A stretch of 64,000 nt of DNA from Octopus bimaculoides (GCF_001194135.2 NC_068984.1:2663709-2727708), one strand, 5' to 3'; counted from the first letter of the stretch, positions 13,829-26,690 are shown. Made by a program: numbers and translations. The notes: generated by a model not told the origin, from the sequence alone.

Positions 13829-14094
13829 TGTTTTGTCTGGGGAGAGTTATTCTCTTTTAGTGCCTTATAATTTAATACACTCACCGGTCAAATTTCCACT
13901 TATTTCTTTAATGATTTTAAAATTTTCGTTGTGTCTTGCAACCTTTTCAATAGTTTTGAGTCAAAACTATTGAAAAGGTTGCAAGACGCAACGAAAATTT
14001 TAGAAAGATAAATAAGTAAATGAGTGGAAATTTTACCGTTGAGTGTGTTAAATTATATAGCACTAAAAGAGAATGAATCTCCCCAAACAAAACA
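13829..14094. repeat. Near-perfect palindrome P2 (1-nt spacer at 13960, arms about 130 bp)
   Basis: Centre reads CAATAGTTTTGA-G-TCAAAACTATTG. The arms pair out to TGTTTTGTCTGGGGA / TCCCCAAACAAAACA. Confidence 0.95.
13967..14003 (+). ncRNA. Minimal type I hammerhead-like ribozyme with U3-A8 core (mirror copy at about 13917-13953, minus strand)
   Basis: CTA-TTGAAAA-G-GTTGC(AAGAC)GCAAC-GAAA-AT-T-T-TAG: stem II 5 bp, palindromic AATT helix III, stem I only 3 bp. Confidence 0.5.
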
Positions 14095-15534
14095 ATATGC
14101 TTCAACACACGAACTTACATAAAGAATCTTGCAAACCAAATCCAAAAACGAAATGAGTTTATCATAAAATAGAAATCCATCTTTTGTACAACAGTGAGGA
14201 GTACAATCTTTTAAACCTACCCTTGAGTATTACGGGTACATATTGATAAACGGACAGAAAGAGTGGATTAAGTACGAACACTGAATAGTCAAATAGCGAA
14301 CTTAAAAGCAATTTTACTATGGTTGGGCCTTCTTGATCTTCGCCAGCTATCAGTGTTATCTAGAATAAAGTAAGGCCAGGATATTGACGCAGTCGTAATC
14401 AGCATTGGATATCGATATTCGATAATAAATTATAGGTGAGGAGGAGAAGATATATTGAAATGGTGCACATCACAGAAAGTTTAACAAATCAACCATATTC
14501 TTAAATAAGCAAATGAAGTAGGTGTCTTGTAGAAATTGTTTGCTTTATCGGTGCCATGTTCTGTTATTTGGTAGCAGAGATTCACCGGCGCATCAATACA
14601 AGCGTTCATAATGCATGTATGTATGTACGTATGTGTTTGCATGTATGTATGTATGTATGTATGTATGTATGTATGTATGTATGTATGTAGGTAGGTAGGT
14701 AGGTAGGTAGGTAGGTAGGTAGATATGTATGTATGTTTATATATTTATGTGAATGTATATATCTATGTGTATCTATAAATATCAATAGTATATAAAAAAG
14801 ATATATCTACACACATACACACACATGTACATTGTGTATGTGGAGGTGTGAGCTTGTGCGTGTAAGTGTGTGTGTGTGCAAACATTCTTACAGTGTGTGT
14901 GTGTCTATAAGATATGCACAAATAATTATATTTGAACGAGTGAATATGCTAATCAATATATTCATATCTNNNNNNNNNNNNNNNNNNNNNNNNNNNNNNN
15001 NNNNNNNNNNNNNNNNNNNNNNNNNNNNNNNNNNNNNNNNNNNNNNNNNNNNNNNNNNNNNNNNNNNNNNNNNNNNNNNNNNNNNNNNNNNNNNNNNNNN
15101 NNNNNNNNNNNNNNNNNNNNNNNNNNNNNNNNNNNNNNNNNNNNNNNNNNNNNNNNNNNNNNNNNNNNNNNNNNNNNNNNNNNNNNNNNNNNNNNNNNNN
15201 NNNNNNNNNNNNNNNNNNNNNNNNNNNNNNNNNNNNNNNNNNNNNNNNNNNNNNNNNNNNNNNNNNNNNNNNNNNNNNNNNNNNNNNNNNNNNNNNNNNN
15301 NNNNNNNNNNNNNNNNNNNNNNNNNNNNNNNNNNNNNNNNNNNNNNNNNNNNNNNNNNNNNNNNNNNNNNNNNNNNNNNNNNNNNNNNNNNNNNNNNNNN
15401 NNNNNNNNNNNNNNNNNNNNNNNNNNNNNNNNNNNNNNNNNNNNNNNNNNNNNNNNNNNNNNNNNNNNNNNNNNNNNNNNNNNNNNNNNNNNNNNNNNNN
15501 NNNNNNNNNNNNNNNAAACACAAACAACCCCCCT

Positions 15535-15572
<38 letters not shown>

Positions 15573-15589
15573 TGTGTATACGTAGATAC

Positions 15590-16224
15590 CGCCCAACAGC
15601 AGCAACAACAAAACTACAGCAGCAAACGAAGGTAAGCAAAATGGTAACGATAGGGAAACTTCGACAGCGTCGACCATCATAAATACTATAACTGCAGCCA
15701 CTACCCCCTTCAACCCAACCACCACCACCACCACCGAAACAGCAATGACAACAACCATTATCAAATGACATAAACGCCATTACGGCAAGTAAAACTTCAA
15801 TAAAGCGTTAGACCTCCACTAACACCACCGCCGCCGCCGCTATCGTCATCATCATCGTCATCATCATCATCATCATCATCATCGTTATAATCATCGTCAT
15901 CTGCAGCAGTATCAGCTGCAAAATCACCACCACCACCACTATCACCACCACCGCCCCCCCCACCAAAGCCATCACCAAAGCCACGACGACGACCACCACC
16001 ACCACTAATAACAACCCCAAGAACAACTACAAGACCTTTGACAACGACAACAGTAACAGCATTAATAGAAGCAGCAACAACATCAACAACAACAACAACA
16101 CCGCTTCAACCAACAACAACAACATCAATAACAGGGAAAATAATGTCACCACCACCACCACCACAAACACCATCAGAAATAACAGCATTGTCATCACCAC
16201 CAACACAAACTAATAATATAACAG

Positions 16225-16260
<36 letters not shown>
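15590..16260. repeat. Mixed trinucleotide low-complexity block (CCA/CAT/CAA/CTA)
   Basis: Read directly from the sequence. Its Thr/Pro-rich ORFs are treated as artefacts. Confidence 0.9.
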
Positions 16261-16463
16261 GCCTGCATTTCCTCATTGCATATTGTAATAACATGCCTCA
16301 TGAAGACGGGTCGTATGGATGGAAGTTGATGAAAAGCTACTTAACATATAGAATATTTCTAATGGCGTTAATCTGATAGAAACCAGGGCGGCGGCGGGAG
16401 CGGCGGCGATGGTGGTGGTGGCGGTGGAGTATGAGCGACACACAGACGTAGATCGGTTCTTAC

Positions 16464-16501
16464 TTCGATGTACTTGAGGTTGCATCATATCGCTTGGGTT
16501 C
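16464..16501 (-). CDS. Candidate 38-nt internal exon of an unknown minus-strand gene
   Basis: Pyrimidine-rich upstream region, TTTTAAAG| acceptor and |GTAAGA donor. Two frames are open: (W)NPSDMMQPQVHR or EPKRYDATSSTS. Confidence 0.4.
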
Positions 16502-16629
16502 CTTTAAAATGTCAGGGTAAAAAACCAGAAGAAGAAACTCATTGAGGTTGCCAGAGAAATGTGAAGGGGATCGAAAATAAACAGGGTAATAGCAGGAGAG
16601 AGGATGGGGAAGGGGGTCTGGGACAGGAC

Positions 16630-16668
<39 letters not shown>

Positions 16669-17275
16669 TATGTGAGTGTGATGTGAGTGTGATGTGAGTG
16701 TGTGTGTGTGTATATATGTATATATATAAATATATACATGTACACACATGTATGTATGCATGTATGTATGCATGTATGTTCTTATAAGTATGCATGAGTG
16801 TGTGCGTGTGTATATGTATCAGCCGAGTGGTGTTATGAGAAGGCTAGTTGTCGGTGTTTCCGTAAAGGAACCGTTTACTGGAGCCATAGTGAGCTAAGTG
16901 ATTTTGTATAGAAATATATATAACATTTACACTTCTCTGCATACAAACACAAACGCACACAAACACACACTAACTCACGCATGCCTATACATAAATGTTA
17001 ATACTAAAGGCATTTCTGCATGAAACTGTGATCACGTGGTATCTGAAGCTATTTGCCCAGTGGAGATTTCTGCTGAGTTTCGATGCTTTACTAATGGAAA
17101 TTCTTCACACTTAAACCAGCAATAGAACTGGGAAAAGTATTTTCCCTTTCGTCAAGATTTAACATGCGGTCACCAGTATATTACTGGAAGTTAATTAATC
17201 CACCCACTAAGAAAGACAATATTTAAGTCGAAGTTAAATGTAATGGAACGTTCAGATCTTTTTATATTTCGCCCA

Positions 17276-17650
17276 TTACTTGTTTCAGTCGGTAGACTGC
17301 GGCCATGCTGGGTCACCACATTGAAGACTTTTTAGTCGAATGAATCGACCCCAGTTCTTATGATTATTGAAGTTTGGTACTAATTCTATCGATCTCTTTT
17401 GCAGAACCGCTAAGATTTGGGGGACGTAAATACACGAACACCTGTTGGTAAGTGGTGGCGCGGGACAAACACGCACACATATATACGACGGGATTCTTTT
17501 AGTTTCCGTCGACCAGATCCATTCACAGGGCTTTGGTCAGCCGAAGCTATAGTAAAAGATAGTTGCCCAAAGTAGCAAGTAGTGGTACGGACTGAACCTG
17601 CAACAATGTGGTTAGGGAGTAAGTCTCTTACCACAGCCACGGCTGCACCT
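17276..17650 (-). mobile_element. SINE family 1, full length, diverged
   Basis: Head AGGTGCAGCCGTGGCTGTGGTAAG through to tail GACTGAAACAAGTAA on the minus strand. Confidence 0.9.
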
Positions 17651-18081
17651 CTAACCACCAATCTATAGAATATAAGTTTGCAGTAATAAGCTTAATATGG
17701 AGCGCCCAGCCATTCGTTCAGCTTGTTGTATGTCTGTATGGACCCGTAGGATATAAGCGTACATCAATATCGTTAATTCTATTCACAGTTATCGTTACGG
17801 AAGAAGCGGGAAAAGAAGTTGGATGAAATGTTAAGTCTAACATATTGAAGGAAATCTTTTTATATGGAACATCAATGTCTCTGTGATAATGTTGGTAAAA
17901 CTGAAGCATTTGAATTCCTCCATTTACATTGATATATGCACTTCCACGCAGAAGTCAAGCAAACAGCTTCTATACAGGCACTTGATCTGCTAAACCTAGC
18001 CACCTAATCATCTTCAAAGTTCACTGTAGCAGCTTCAATATTGAAAATATTAGTGCGTTCGATCAGAAAACTGACCTAAGG

Positions 18082-18450
18082 CTACACCAACAATGCCACC
18101 ATCACCACCACCACCATCACCACCACCACCACCAATACCACCACCACCAATACAACCACCACCACCACTACCACCAACTCCACCACCACCACCACCATCA
18201 CCACCAACTCCACCACCACCACCACCACCACTACCACCAATAAATNNNNNNNNNNNNNNNNNNNNNNNNNNNNNNNNNNNNNNNNNNNNCCACTACTACC
18301 ACCGAAAATACCACCACCACCACCACCACCACCACCAGCAACAACAACAACAACAACAACTGCATCAAGGTCAACAACTGAACTTTCACACCACCCACAG
18401 TCAACACCACTCCAAACACGACCGCCGCCGCCGCCGTCACTACCACCGCT
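18082..18450. repeat. (CCA)n/(CAA)n/(CCG)n low-complexity block with an N gap
   Basis: Read directly from the sequence. Confidence 0.9.
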
Positions 18451-19122
18451 TCTACCATTCATACACGAATACATTCATACTTACATATTGATTTATTGAC
18501 ATTCCCAAACTCTTTTCTCCAATAGAATCTCTCCAGAACTGTAACACTGTAGAGTTGTAATTATGGTTTAATTGAAACCCAGAATCTCCACACATTATCT
18601 AACGCCGTCTTTTCATCTTTTTAGATGTTGTCTTGCAAGTAACTTGATCAGAGATTCTAGTGTTGGAACTGACGCAGCAACTACAGTCTGGAAGAGTCAT
18701 TCTGGCCATTTAATAACACACAAAACTGTTAAATTTATTTAAAATTAAAATTTATTTCACAAGACTACAACATTTTCGTTACACTTCTGCGACCTAATCA
18801 ATGATTCCGTTCCGCTGCAACAGCTTTAAAATGTATCAATACTTTTTACAGGCCGACAGTTTTTCTTTCCTTTTCCTTTCTTATTTCCAGTTATGTGTTT
18901 TATTTCTATTTCTTTTTTTTTTTTTGGTCTAGAGACGGGCGTCTGTAGTACTCATGCAGATTGACACTGATTTCATGACGTCACCGAATGGCCATCGCTA
19001 CTAACTTTCAGAGTTTCTGTCTTTTCGCTTCTTTACAGCATTGTGTGTATAAAGTCGGATAAATTACCAAACACAAATTTAAAGTGAATTCAAAAAATTT
19101 GTGTGGAAGGAAATGGCTTTAC

Positions 19123-19166
19123 CACGATGCCATTCCTATTATTAACAAGAAAACGTTCATTTTTAG
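19123..19166 (-). CDS. Candidate 44-nt exon (LKMNVFLLIIGMAS(W))
   Basis: Long U-rich tract, TTTGTAG| acceptor and GTG|GTAAAG donor. In phase with 37900-37920 and 16464-16501. Confidence 0.3.
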
Positions 19167-19489
19167 CTACAAAGCAACCAAAAGACAAAAAACAAACAAA
19201 AAAAAACAAAGAAAGAAATTAGAATAAAAAACAGAACCGGAAGTATAATCCTGTTCAAGTAACGTGGGAGTTTTTAAGTAGAAGCTCGACTCTCAAGAAG
19301 ATCATTGTCACCGCCTTGAAAACAGGTGGCCACTACGCCCTGTGTAGTCCCAGAAACCAGTAAAAAGACGAGATGGTCGTGACTAGAATGGTGTTCACCA
19401 ATACATCTTTGAGCGTCCAAATTAATTGACTTAAACTAAATAGTTAAGATTATATACCAGCAACCTGTTGGCAGGGACCTCAGTCCACA

Positions 19490-19880
19490 CAGCATCAATG
19501 TGTGGTACGCACACACCATTTGATTTCATATTTTCTTCTTTCTTTTAGTCTCTATATTAGGTCTGCTAGTGACGTTGCGTGTCACCGATTAATCTTTCGG
19601 AATGAGGAGATATGGTTCTGATAACGGATCTTGAACTGGTTTTCGGAGGCTCCAGTGTATGCATATTTATTTTGCAGTGTGGTGATTGAGCATTTATATA
19701 TGATGCTTTTCGCGTGCATTGACTCTTAAGCGGACATGCAGCTTTATTGCGACAGCTGCAATAATTTGCACTATTATTATCTTTGTTGTCATTTGGTGAC
19801 TTCTTGTATTTGTTTTCGTGATATTCCGGCTGGTTTACAGTGTCTGCAGTGTTCTTGATATTATGGCTTGTTTTTCTGTT
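19490..19880 (-). mobile_element. Penelope-like element GIY-YIG endonuclease fragment, same clade as 1000-3570
   Basis: CSCRNKAACPLKSQC, frameshift, then KSIIYKCSITT..YAYTGASENQFKIRYQNHISSFR..TSLA.LI*RLK...IKW. Confidence 0.85.
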
Positions 19881-19925
19881 TCTTTTCTCAGTTTTTGGTT
19901 AGCTCCGATTATAACTACACGCACA

Positions 19926-19966
<41 letters not shown>

Positions 19967-20212
19967 GCAACACATGCACCACACACCCAGACATACATAT
20001 CACTAAACTGAACAAAGGGCACTAACCAGCACCAGTATTGCTAGAAATAGGAGTCAAAACAACTCAATAGCCACAGAAGCACTATCTTAATGAACTGACA
20101 AGGGACATAAGCTTCCTACGGTCGCAGAAATAGCCAGATCATCGACGATCGCATTTTGATGCTTAACGCATCCTAATGTTCATAGGTGCCTCTCACTGCA
20201 CCTAACGTTAAA

Positions 20213-20261
<49 letters not shown>

Positions 20262-20279
20262 CTGTTGTAAAATCCGATT

Positions 20280-20620
20280 TCCGTGCCTCATAATGGTGTA
20301 ACACCCTCATTAGATGTCTAATAGCTATGGTGGTGATGTATATATCCTTTCAAAGTTACAAAGGTACTCGACTTCCGATCTTACAGAAACACTGCATCAC
20401 AGAAATGGGTACGCAGCCAATTGATTAGAAGCTGGAACCTACCTTCACTGAAGAAGCAACTGCAGCCTTTCCCACCCAGCTAGACGGTTGGCATTGCATA
20501 AAAGCTAACACAATGCAAAAGAGCTGTACTACATTCCTGCACAGGTTAATCGGATCGCTCTGCGGTGGTAGAACAAAATACGGATGACTAGAGGCTGTTC
20601 AGAATCTCAGGTATTCGTAG
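20280..20620. repeat. Unclassified dispersed repeat-like segment
   Basis: Resembles recurrent cephalopod repeats from memory only. There is no second copy in this window. Confidence 0.2.
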
Positions 20621-20684
20621 TTTGCTGACAATCTTGGCCATATTGCACCTGCAACTACAGATCATTGGTAAAAGAAAACTGGTA

Positions 20685-21730
20685 TGACCAATGTAGTGGA
20701 GGAGGAAGTGACACTTAAATGTGACGCGTTAGGACTCTGCGGCGGAACTCGTCGAAGACTAGAATTAACTGCGAGATGGATGGATGGAAGTGTTTGTGAA
20801 ATTGGGAAAGGCAGATGCAGTAAGAACAAGGGGGGGGGGCGGGTGTGCACATGTTTTAGTGTAACTAATAAATAAGCGTCGAAAATCATGTTGTGCAATT
20901 TGTCTTCATATTGCACAAGGGTGCTAAATGTCCGTCTGTCAAGAAATGTGATACTCAAAATCCTTCAGATCTATACCCTTACATGTAACAGCAAGGACGA
21001 CAAAATAGGAGAGTGTGTGAAGCCCTCGTAAAGTATTAGCTCCAAAACCCACTTATACTGTTGTGATGGAGGGTGTCAATGCAAAGGTCGAGAAAAGACG
21101 ACAAAGTGAGAAACATGTTAGAAAATTTGGTTTGAGAGAAAGAAAAGGAAGAGGAAAAAGTTAAGTCACCAGGACAGAGGCCAAAATAAATCATCTCGGA
21201 ATAGTCTGTTCAGGAAAAGATCTGGAAAGAATATAACCCCAAGTGCCCGGCTCCGACAACATCCTGGTCGACAGATGACATACACTGCAAGACATCTTAG
21301 TCGTAACACCTTTCAACATCGACAGCGATGATTGTTTGTTAAGATCAAGATTGTCATTGACAAAATTACCGAGAAAATGCCACTAAGTATCACGAAGAGG
21401 AATCAACACACCAAGGCCTTTGCTGTGACACAGTTGCAGGATACATTCAGGAAAGAAACTTGGAGACAACTTGAAATTCCTGTAGGAAAGGTGTTTAATA
21501 AGGTAATGCCATTTTCCCTAAGGCTCTTCACCGCGTGTCTTAAAATAGTCATTCGGAATAGTAACCGGAAAGATTGCATCAACATCATTGGTGAGTGGCT
21601 GACACACTTCCAAATGGTCGGTGATACCGTCCTGGTCGCAGAAACCACAGGTCAGCTGCTGAAAGAGGCGCATATCCAGAATTCGGCTGCAATCCTCAAA
21701 GCATACCGCATGAAAACAAAATACTTGTAG
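20685..21730 (+). mobile_element. RTE-clade LINE relic (APE directly joined to partial RT)
   Basis: APE: DALGL..TRR...RWMDG, KILQIY, VVMEG.NAKV..FGLRER.GRG. RT: KAF, FSLRLFTACL, INIIGEWLTHF...DTVLVAE, KTKY. Confidence 0.8.
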
Positions 21731-23024
21731 GATTGCTATCGTCAGATATCGAAGAAATAGTCATGTCGTTAATAGAATTGGTTTTAGGCTGCTTTCTAAC
21801 TTTCTCGTGGTTTACTATGAAGAGGAATGAACATTTCTTCTGACTAAAAACCATTCTCTCTTTTTAGAATGGCGTAGCCAGTTCTGGGTTCTTCATATTT
21901 CTAATTTTGTCAATTAACGTTACATTGTCCACAAAGAAGCAATGTATCAGGTTAATTCTCTCAAACCAAATGGTTTTTTTTTCTGAAGTTATAACCAACG
22001 TCACAGAAGAATAATATCCTTGTGATACAGAATCCTCTCTTCCTGTATTTAAATTCAGAATGATGACAATGGAAAGAAGTCGAATTACACTCTAATCGAA
22101 CTCCTTCTCTCTCTGTCTCTCTTTCCTCTGCATCTCTTACATCACAATTTTGTTAATTAGAAGCTGCTCGGCACATGATGAAATTCCAGTTTCATTTCTA
22201 CTGATGTCAACCGCCTTCCAATGTTATAGCTACACTGAGATCTTGATCGGTAAAGGCTGATAAAATACCCAGATAGGAAGCCAGGTCTTTGTGTACCAGT
22301 TTTCGACCATCAAATATATTCCTTGTGTTTTCTACTCTGAACTTTCCAATTACTTTCCCGAAGTTATTAATTATTGATACTGCAAACTTTTAGTTCGATG
22401 CAGAGACAATAAGTTTTCAAATTTTACTTCCTATTCATTCTCTTATTTCAGACAATTAATCCATAGCTTCTTAATAATTAATTTTCTATAACATTTAATG
22501 ATTGTCCCCCGTCCCCACCACATACCCCGTGATTCTGTCAATTTCTTATTATTTTCCCTTCAGCGTCTCTCTCTTCTGATGTCGGAGTTTTTCAAGCACT
22601 TAAAACTGCGGCAAATAATTTGTTTACAAGTATTTTTCTCTCTGCACTGTTTGCAAACTTTGTTTTTATTTTATTCAATATATTCCACTCTTTGTTGGCG
22701 AGGAGTCGAGTTATTCGCCTGTTTGCGTGTGATAAGCAGCGCTTCCTGATAACCTCACATAAACTATTTTTCCCGTTGTCCAAAATCCACGATGGTACTT
22801 TCTATTTTGCTTCCGTTGACTGCAACGCTTTGCAGTCGTCGAGAAGGTGTAGAAACAAGCGTTACAATGCCAAAAAACCAAGGAATAATTTTGGTATATA
22901 TCTACCCTCGGTTTCGTTAAACCTCGTTCAATTTGTTGGAAAATTGACCTTATTTAGTCACATTCCATGAGAGTATCTTGGTCAGCCTATGAACTTTTCA
23001 GCCGACCCTCGTAGTAAAATGTTT

Positions 23025-23175
23025 CAAGTGTGGCTGAGAGATAAGACGTTTCCTTCCCAACCACATGGTTCTGGGTTCAGTCCTACTGCATGGCACTTTG
23101 AGCAAGAAGTGTCTTCGGGCTGAAAAGGCCTTGTGGGTGATCTTGGTAGACGGAAACTGAAAGAAGCCCATCATA
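23025..23175 (+). mobile_element. SINE family 1, 5' half
   Basis: GTGTGGCTGAGAGATAAG..CCAACCACATGGTTCTGGGTTCAGTCC..GGTAGACGGAAACTGAAAGAAGCCC. Confidence 0.85.
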
Positions 23176-23249
23176 TGACCAGACTCTGCATAAGGACTAC
23201 CATCATGTATGTATGTGTCTGTCTGTCTATTGTCTCTCTGTTTGTCTAT

Positions 23250-23253
23250 CCGT

Positions 23254-23327
<74 letters not shown>

Positions 23328-23401
23328 CACTATGTCTCACTTTCTCTGTCTGTCTATCTAACCATTTCTTTCTCTCTCTTTTTCTTTCTCTCTCATCTTT
23401 C

Positions 23402-23460
<59 letters not shown>

Positions 23461-23473
23461 CTTTGTCTCTTTG

Positions 23474-23518
<45 letters not shown>

Positions 23519-23600
23519 CGTTTTGTCTCTCTCTCTCTCTCTCTCTCTTTCCTTCTCTCTTTCTATCTGTCTATCTACCTATCTCTACATTTCTCTATGT
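23250..23600. repeat. (TATC)n(TTTC)n(TC)n compound microsatellite
   Basis: Read directly from the sequence. Confidence 0.95.
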
Positions 23601-23721
23601 CTATTGTTTTTTTCTCTCTCTGTCCCTCTCTATGTACCAATCAATATATCTAATTTACGAGATTTCTTCCAGCAGGTAAGATGAGAAAGAGAAAGGGAAC
23701 AGTAAGCATGAAGAGAAAGAG

Positions 23722-23763
<42 letters not shown>

Positions 23764-24962
23764 GGTGAGAGAGAGAGATAGGAGGGAAAGCAAACGAGGA
23801 AGAGGGTTGAGGCGGTAGAGAGTGCGACTAGATTCAAACAAACTACTTACGTAATTTACTTGTGATCCCATGACGAGATGTTTACACACAAACCTACACA
23901 CCAACACACGTACATACGAAACGAATAGTGAACATTACAGTCACATGCACAGGCATACACACACACACACACACACAAACACGCACACACACGCACAGAA
24001 ACACACATACACGCACAAACGCAAACACATTCTCTCGCACACATTTATAGATAAGTTACGTGTGTATAAGTGTGCGTTTGTCTACAACTGTAAGTTTGTG
24101 AGCATACATATGTGTGTGTATATATATATATATGTGTGTGTGTGTGTATACACACGAACACACACACAAACACACACACACACACGCACACACGCACAAA
24201 AACAAACACACACACACAGGCATGTTATGCCATCGCATATTTTCCCATCCTATTCCAGTCCGTTCCTATCGATACAAAAGCCGTTGCTGATCCCCAATCT
24301 AAAATTAATCGATATTCTCCGCCATAAATCAACGATCCCTTATTCACCACAGCAGGCATGCAACCTTTCCCTTATTTTCCTCTCCCTCTTTCTTCATTGC
24401 CACATCTTCCCTCGGCCAACTTGCCACCAAGCGCAATCTTACCAACCAACCGATATTCGCCGATGTTGTTCGCCTTGCTACAACCNNNNNNNNNNNNNNN
24501 NNNNNNNNNNNNNNNNNNNNNNNNNNNNNNNNNNNNNNNNNNNNNNNNNNNNNNNNNNNNNNNNNNNNNNNNNNNNNNNNNNNNNNNNNNNNNNNNNNNN
24601 NNNNNNNNNNNNNNNNNNNNNNNNNNNNNNNNNNNNNNNNCCACCGCCGCCACCGCCGCCGCCTCTGCTGCCGCTTTCTCTCTTCAGCCTTATTCTCTCT
24701 CTCTCTTGGAATCAAAGCAGGAATCCTTGCCAATTGTCAATAGTTGTAAGGGTTGGGTAGGAGGGCGGTCGTAGGGTTTGTGGGGGGTTTCCAGCCAATT
24801 GGTGGTTCAAGGAATTGTTGTTTGTCTCTACTATCTAAATTGCATACATACACATTTCATACATAGACGCATACATGCATACATACAAACATATATATAC
24901 AATCTTACACTTATACATGTATATATATATACTATATATATATATATATATGTATTTAAACG

Positions 24963-25156
24963 TATAATTATAAAATGCAATTATAATTAAGGGCTACTGG
25001 AAATGACCAGCGGCCTACGCTAGAAGTAGATGTCAAATACCTACAATCCACTATAAAATTTGCCCTCTATATTTGTGGGTATTTGACATCTACTTCTAGC
25101 GTAGGCCGCTGGTCACATCCCGTAGCCCTTAATTACAGTTATATCTTATAATTATA
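24963..25156. repeat. Fold-back palindrome P3 (arms about 85 bp, spacer about 25 bp)
   Basis: AATTAAGGGCTAC..TGACCAGCGGCCTACGCTAGAAGTAGATGTCAAATACC and its reverse complement at 25072-25156. Confidence 0.95.
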
Positions 25157-25243
25157 TGCTTTTAAAAAATTTAATTTTACTTATACGATCACTGTTATGC
25201 GCTAGGCCACTGATATAATCATTTTTTGATTATATCCTTATTC

Positions 25244-25274
<31 letters not shown>

Positions 25275-25561
25275 GTATGTGCTTATATATATATATATAT
25301 GTATGCATATATATATAAATGTGTGTATGTGTATGTTTACATGCACATTACTCATACACACCCATACACATGAACGCATATATGCTTTGTGTGTAATGTT
25401 TCTAATGTGTGTATGTGCGTGTATGTGCGCGCGCATGTGTGTGCAAGAACACGTGGTTTGTGTTTTGCAGTCAGGGACCATGCAAAATGAGAGAGAGAGA
25501 GAGAGAGAGCGTGTGTGTGTGTGTGTGAGAGAGAGAGTGTGTGTGTGAGAAAGAGAAAGTT

Positions 25562-25594
<33 letters not shown>

Positions 25595-26690
25595 CAGAGA
25601 AAGAGGGGAGTGAGCGAGCGAGAGGAGAGAATGTGTGTTTATGTAACATAGCGTGAAGTTATTGTGAATAATCACGTCTGCTTGTGTGTTTCATATGTGT
25701 TAGCATGAATGCAAGTGCTTGGTGCATCCGTGCATATTTTATGTGCATGGGTACGTATACATGTGTACATATGCATGGGTTTGTGTGTACGTGTTTGTGT
25801 GCATTTGTGTGTGTGCACGCCTTTGTGCGTGTGTGCGAGTGCATATGTAAGTGTGTTCGTGTGTGCTACCTGAATTCGTTAATGTTTAGTTATCGAATCC
25901 CGCAGCGTTCAGTGCTGCTGCATTCGACCCGGGTACCACACCCCTTACGTTCTATCCATGTAAGAGCATCCGTTTAGGATGCATACCGAATCTACTCGGC
26001 TTCTGTTTGACATCCAGTATTTGCCTTTTACTTCTGCGTTAATGCTACATCAACAGACCTCATTCTGTAAATAATGGTCGACGGAGGTGAGCTGTTGATA
26101 GGAAAAGCATTCATTTGAATATTGAAACTTGAATAGTCGTCGGTGATTGCATCACTAACTGAAACAGTTAACGATGTATAAGAGGAGAGCTGTAGAGAGC
26201 GGTGGGTGGCGTGGAACTGGGTGAGATGTAAACTCTTGTACAAAACTGAGTCTGCGACCCGGGTTCCGTTTCTTTTCATCCTTTTACATAAACTGCAAAT
26301 GCATACATTTCGCTATTTCTCAGATCAATAGATCAATAGATCAATAGAACCGATTGATTGATACATATGATGACTAATAATCATTCAGCCGATTCTCATT
26401 TATGGTGCCTGGCTAATTTTTTAACGATGTTTGCTGAAGAGCAGATCCTTCACTAAGCGCTGGCCTCCTTTTTAACGGAGGAGTCTATCGTCGGATCTTT
26501 TATTTCTCCAGTAAATTTAATTCCCTTCGTTTCTGTCATTACAACCCTTAACAAAAATACCAGACATTAAAAACTTCACGCATCTCTAACGTCCACAACA
26601 CACCCACCCACGTGTGCGTGCGTGCGTGTATGCGTCTGCGTGCGCATGTGTATGCGTGTACACACATACATACATATATATTTTCAGTCA

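Noticed and set aside
16038-16376. Mucin-like Thr/Pro-rich ORF
   Set aside because: It is a translation of trinucleotide microsatellites with a non-ATG start and no signal peptide or splice support.
18093-18491. Extensin-like poly-Pro/His/Gln ORF
   Set aside because: It is a (CCA)n/(CAA)n repeat spanning an N gap.
18486-18547. Minus-strand exon ending AT|GTAAGT
   Set aside because: There is no convincing polypyrimidine tract, and the frame is ambiguous.
18975-18984. CRE palindrome TGACGTCA
   Set aside because: A single 8-mer is expected by chance in 64 kb and has no promoter context.
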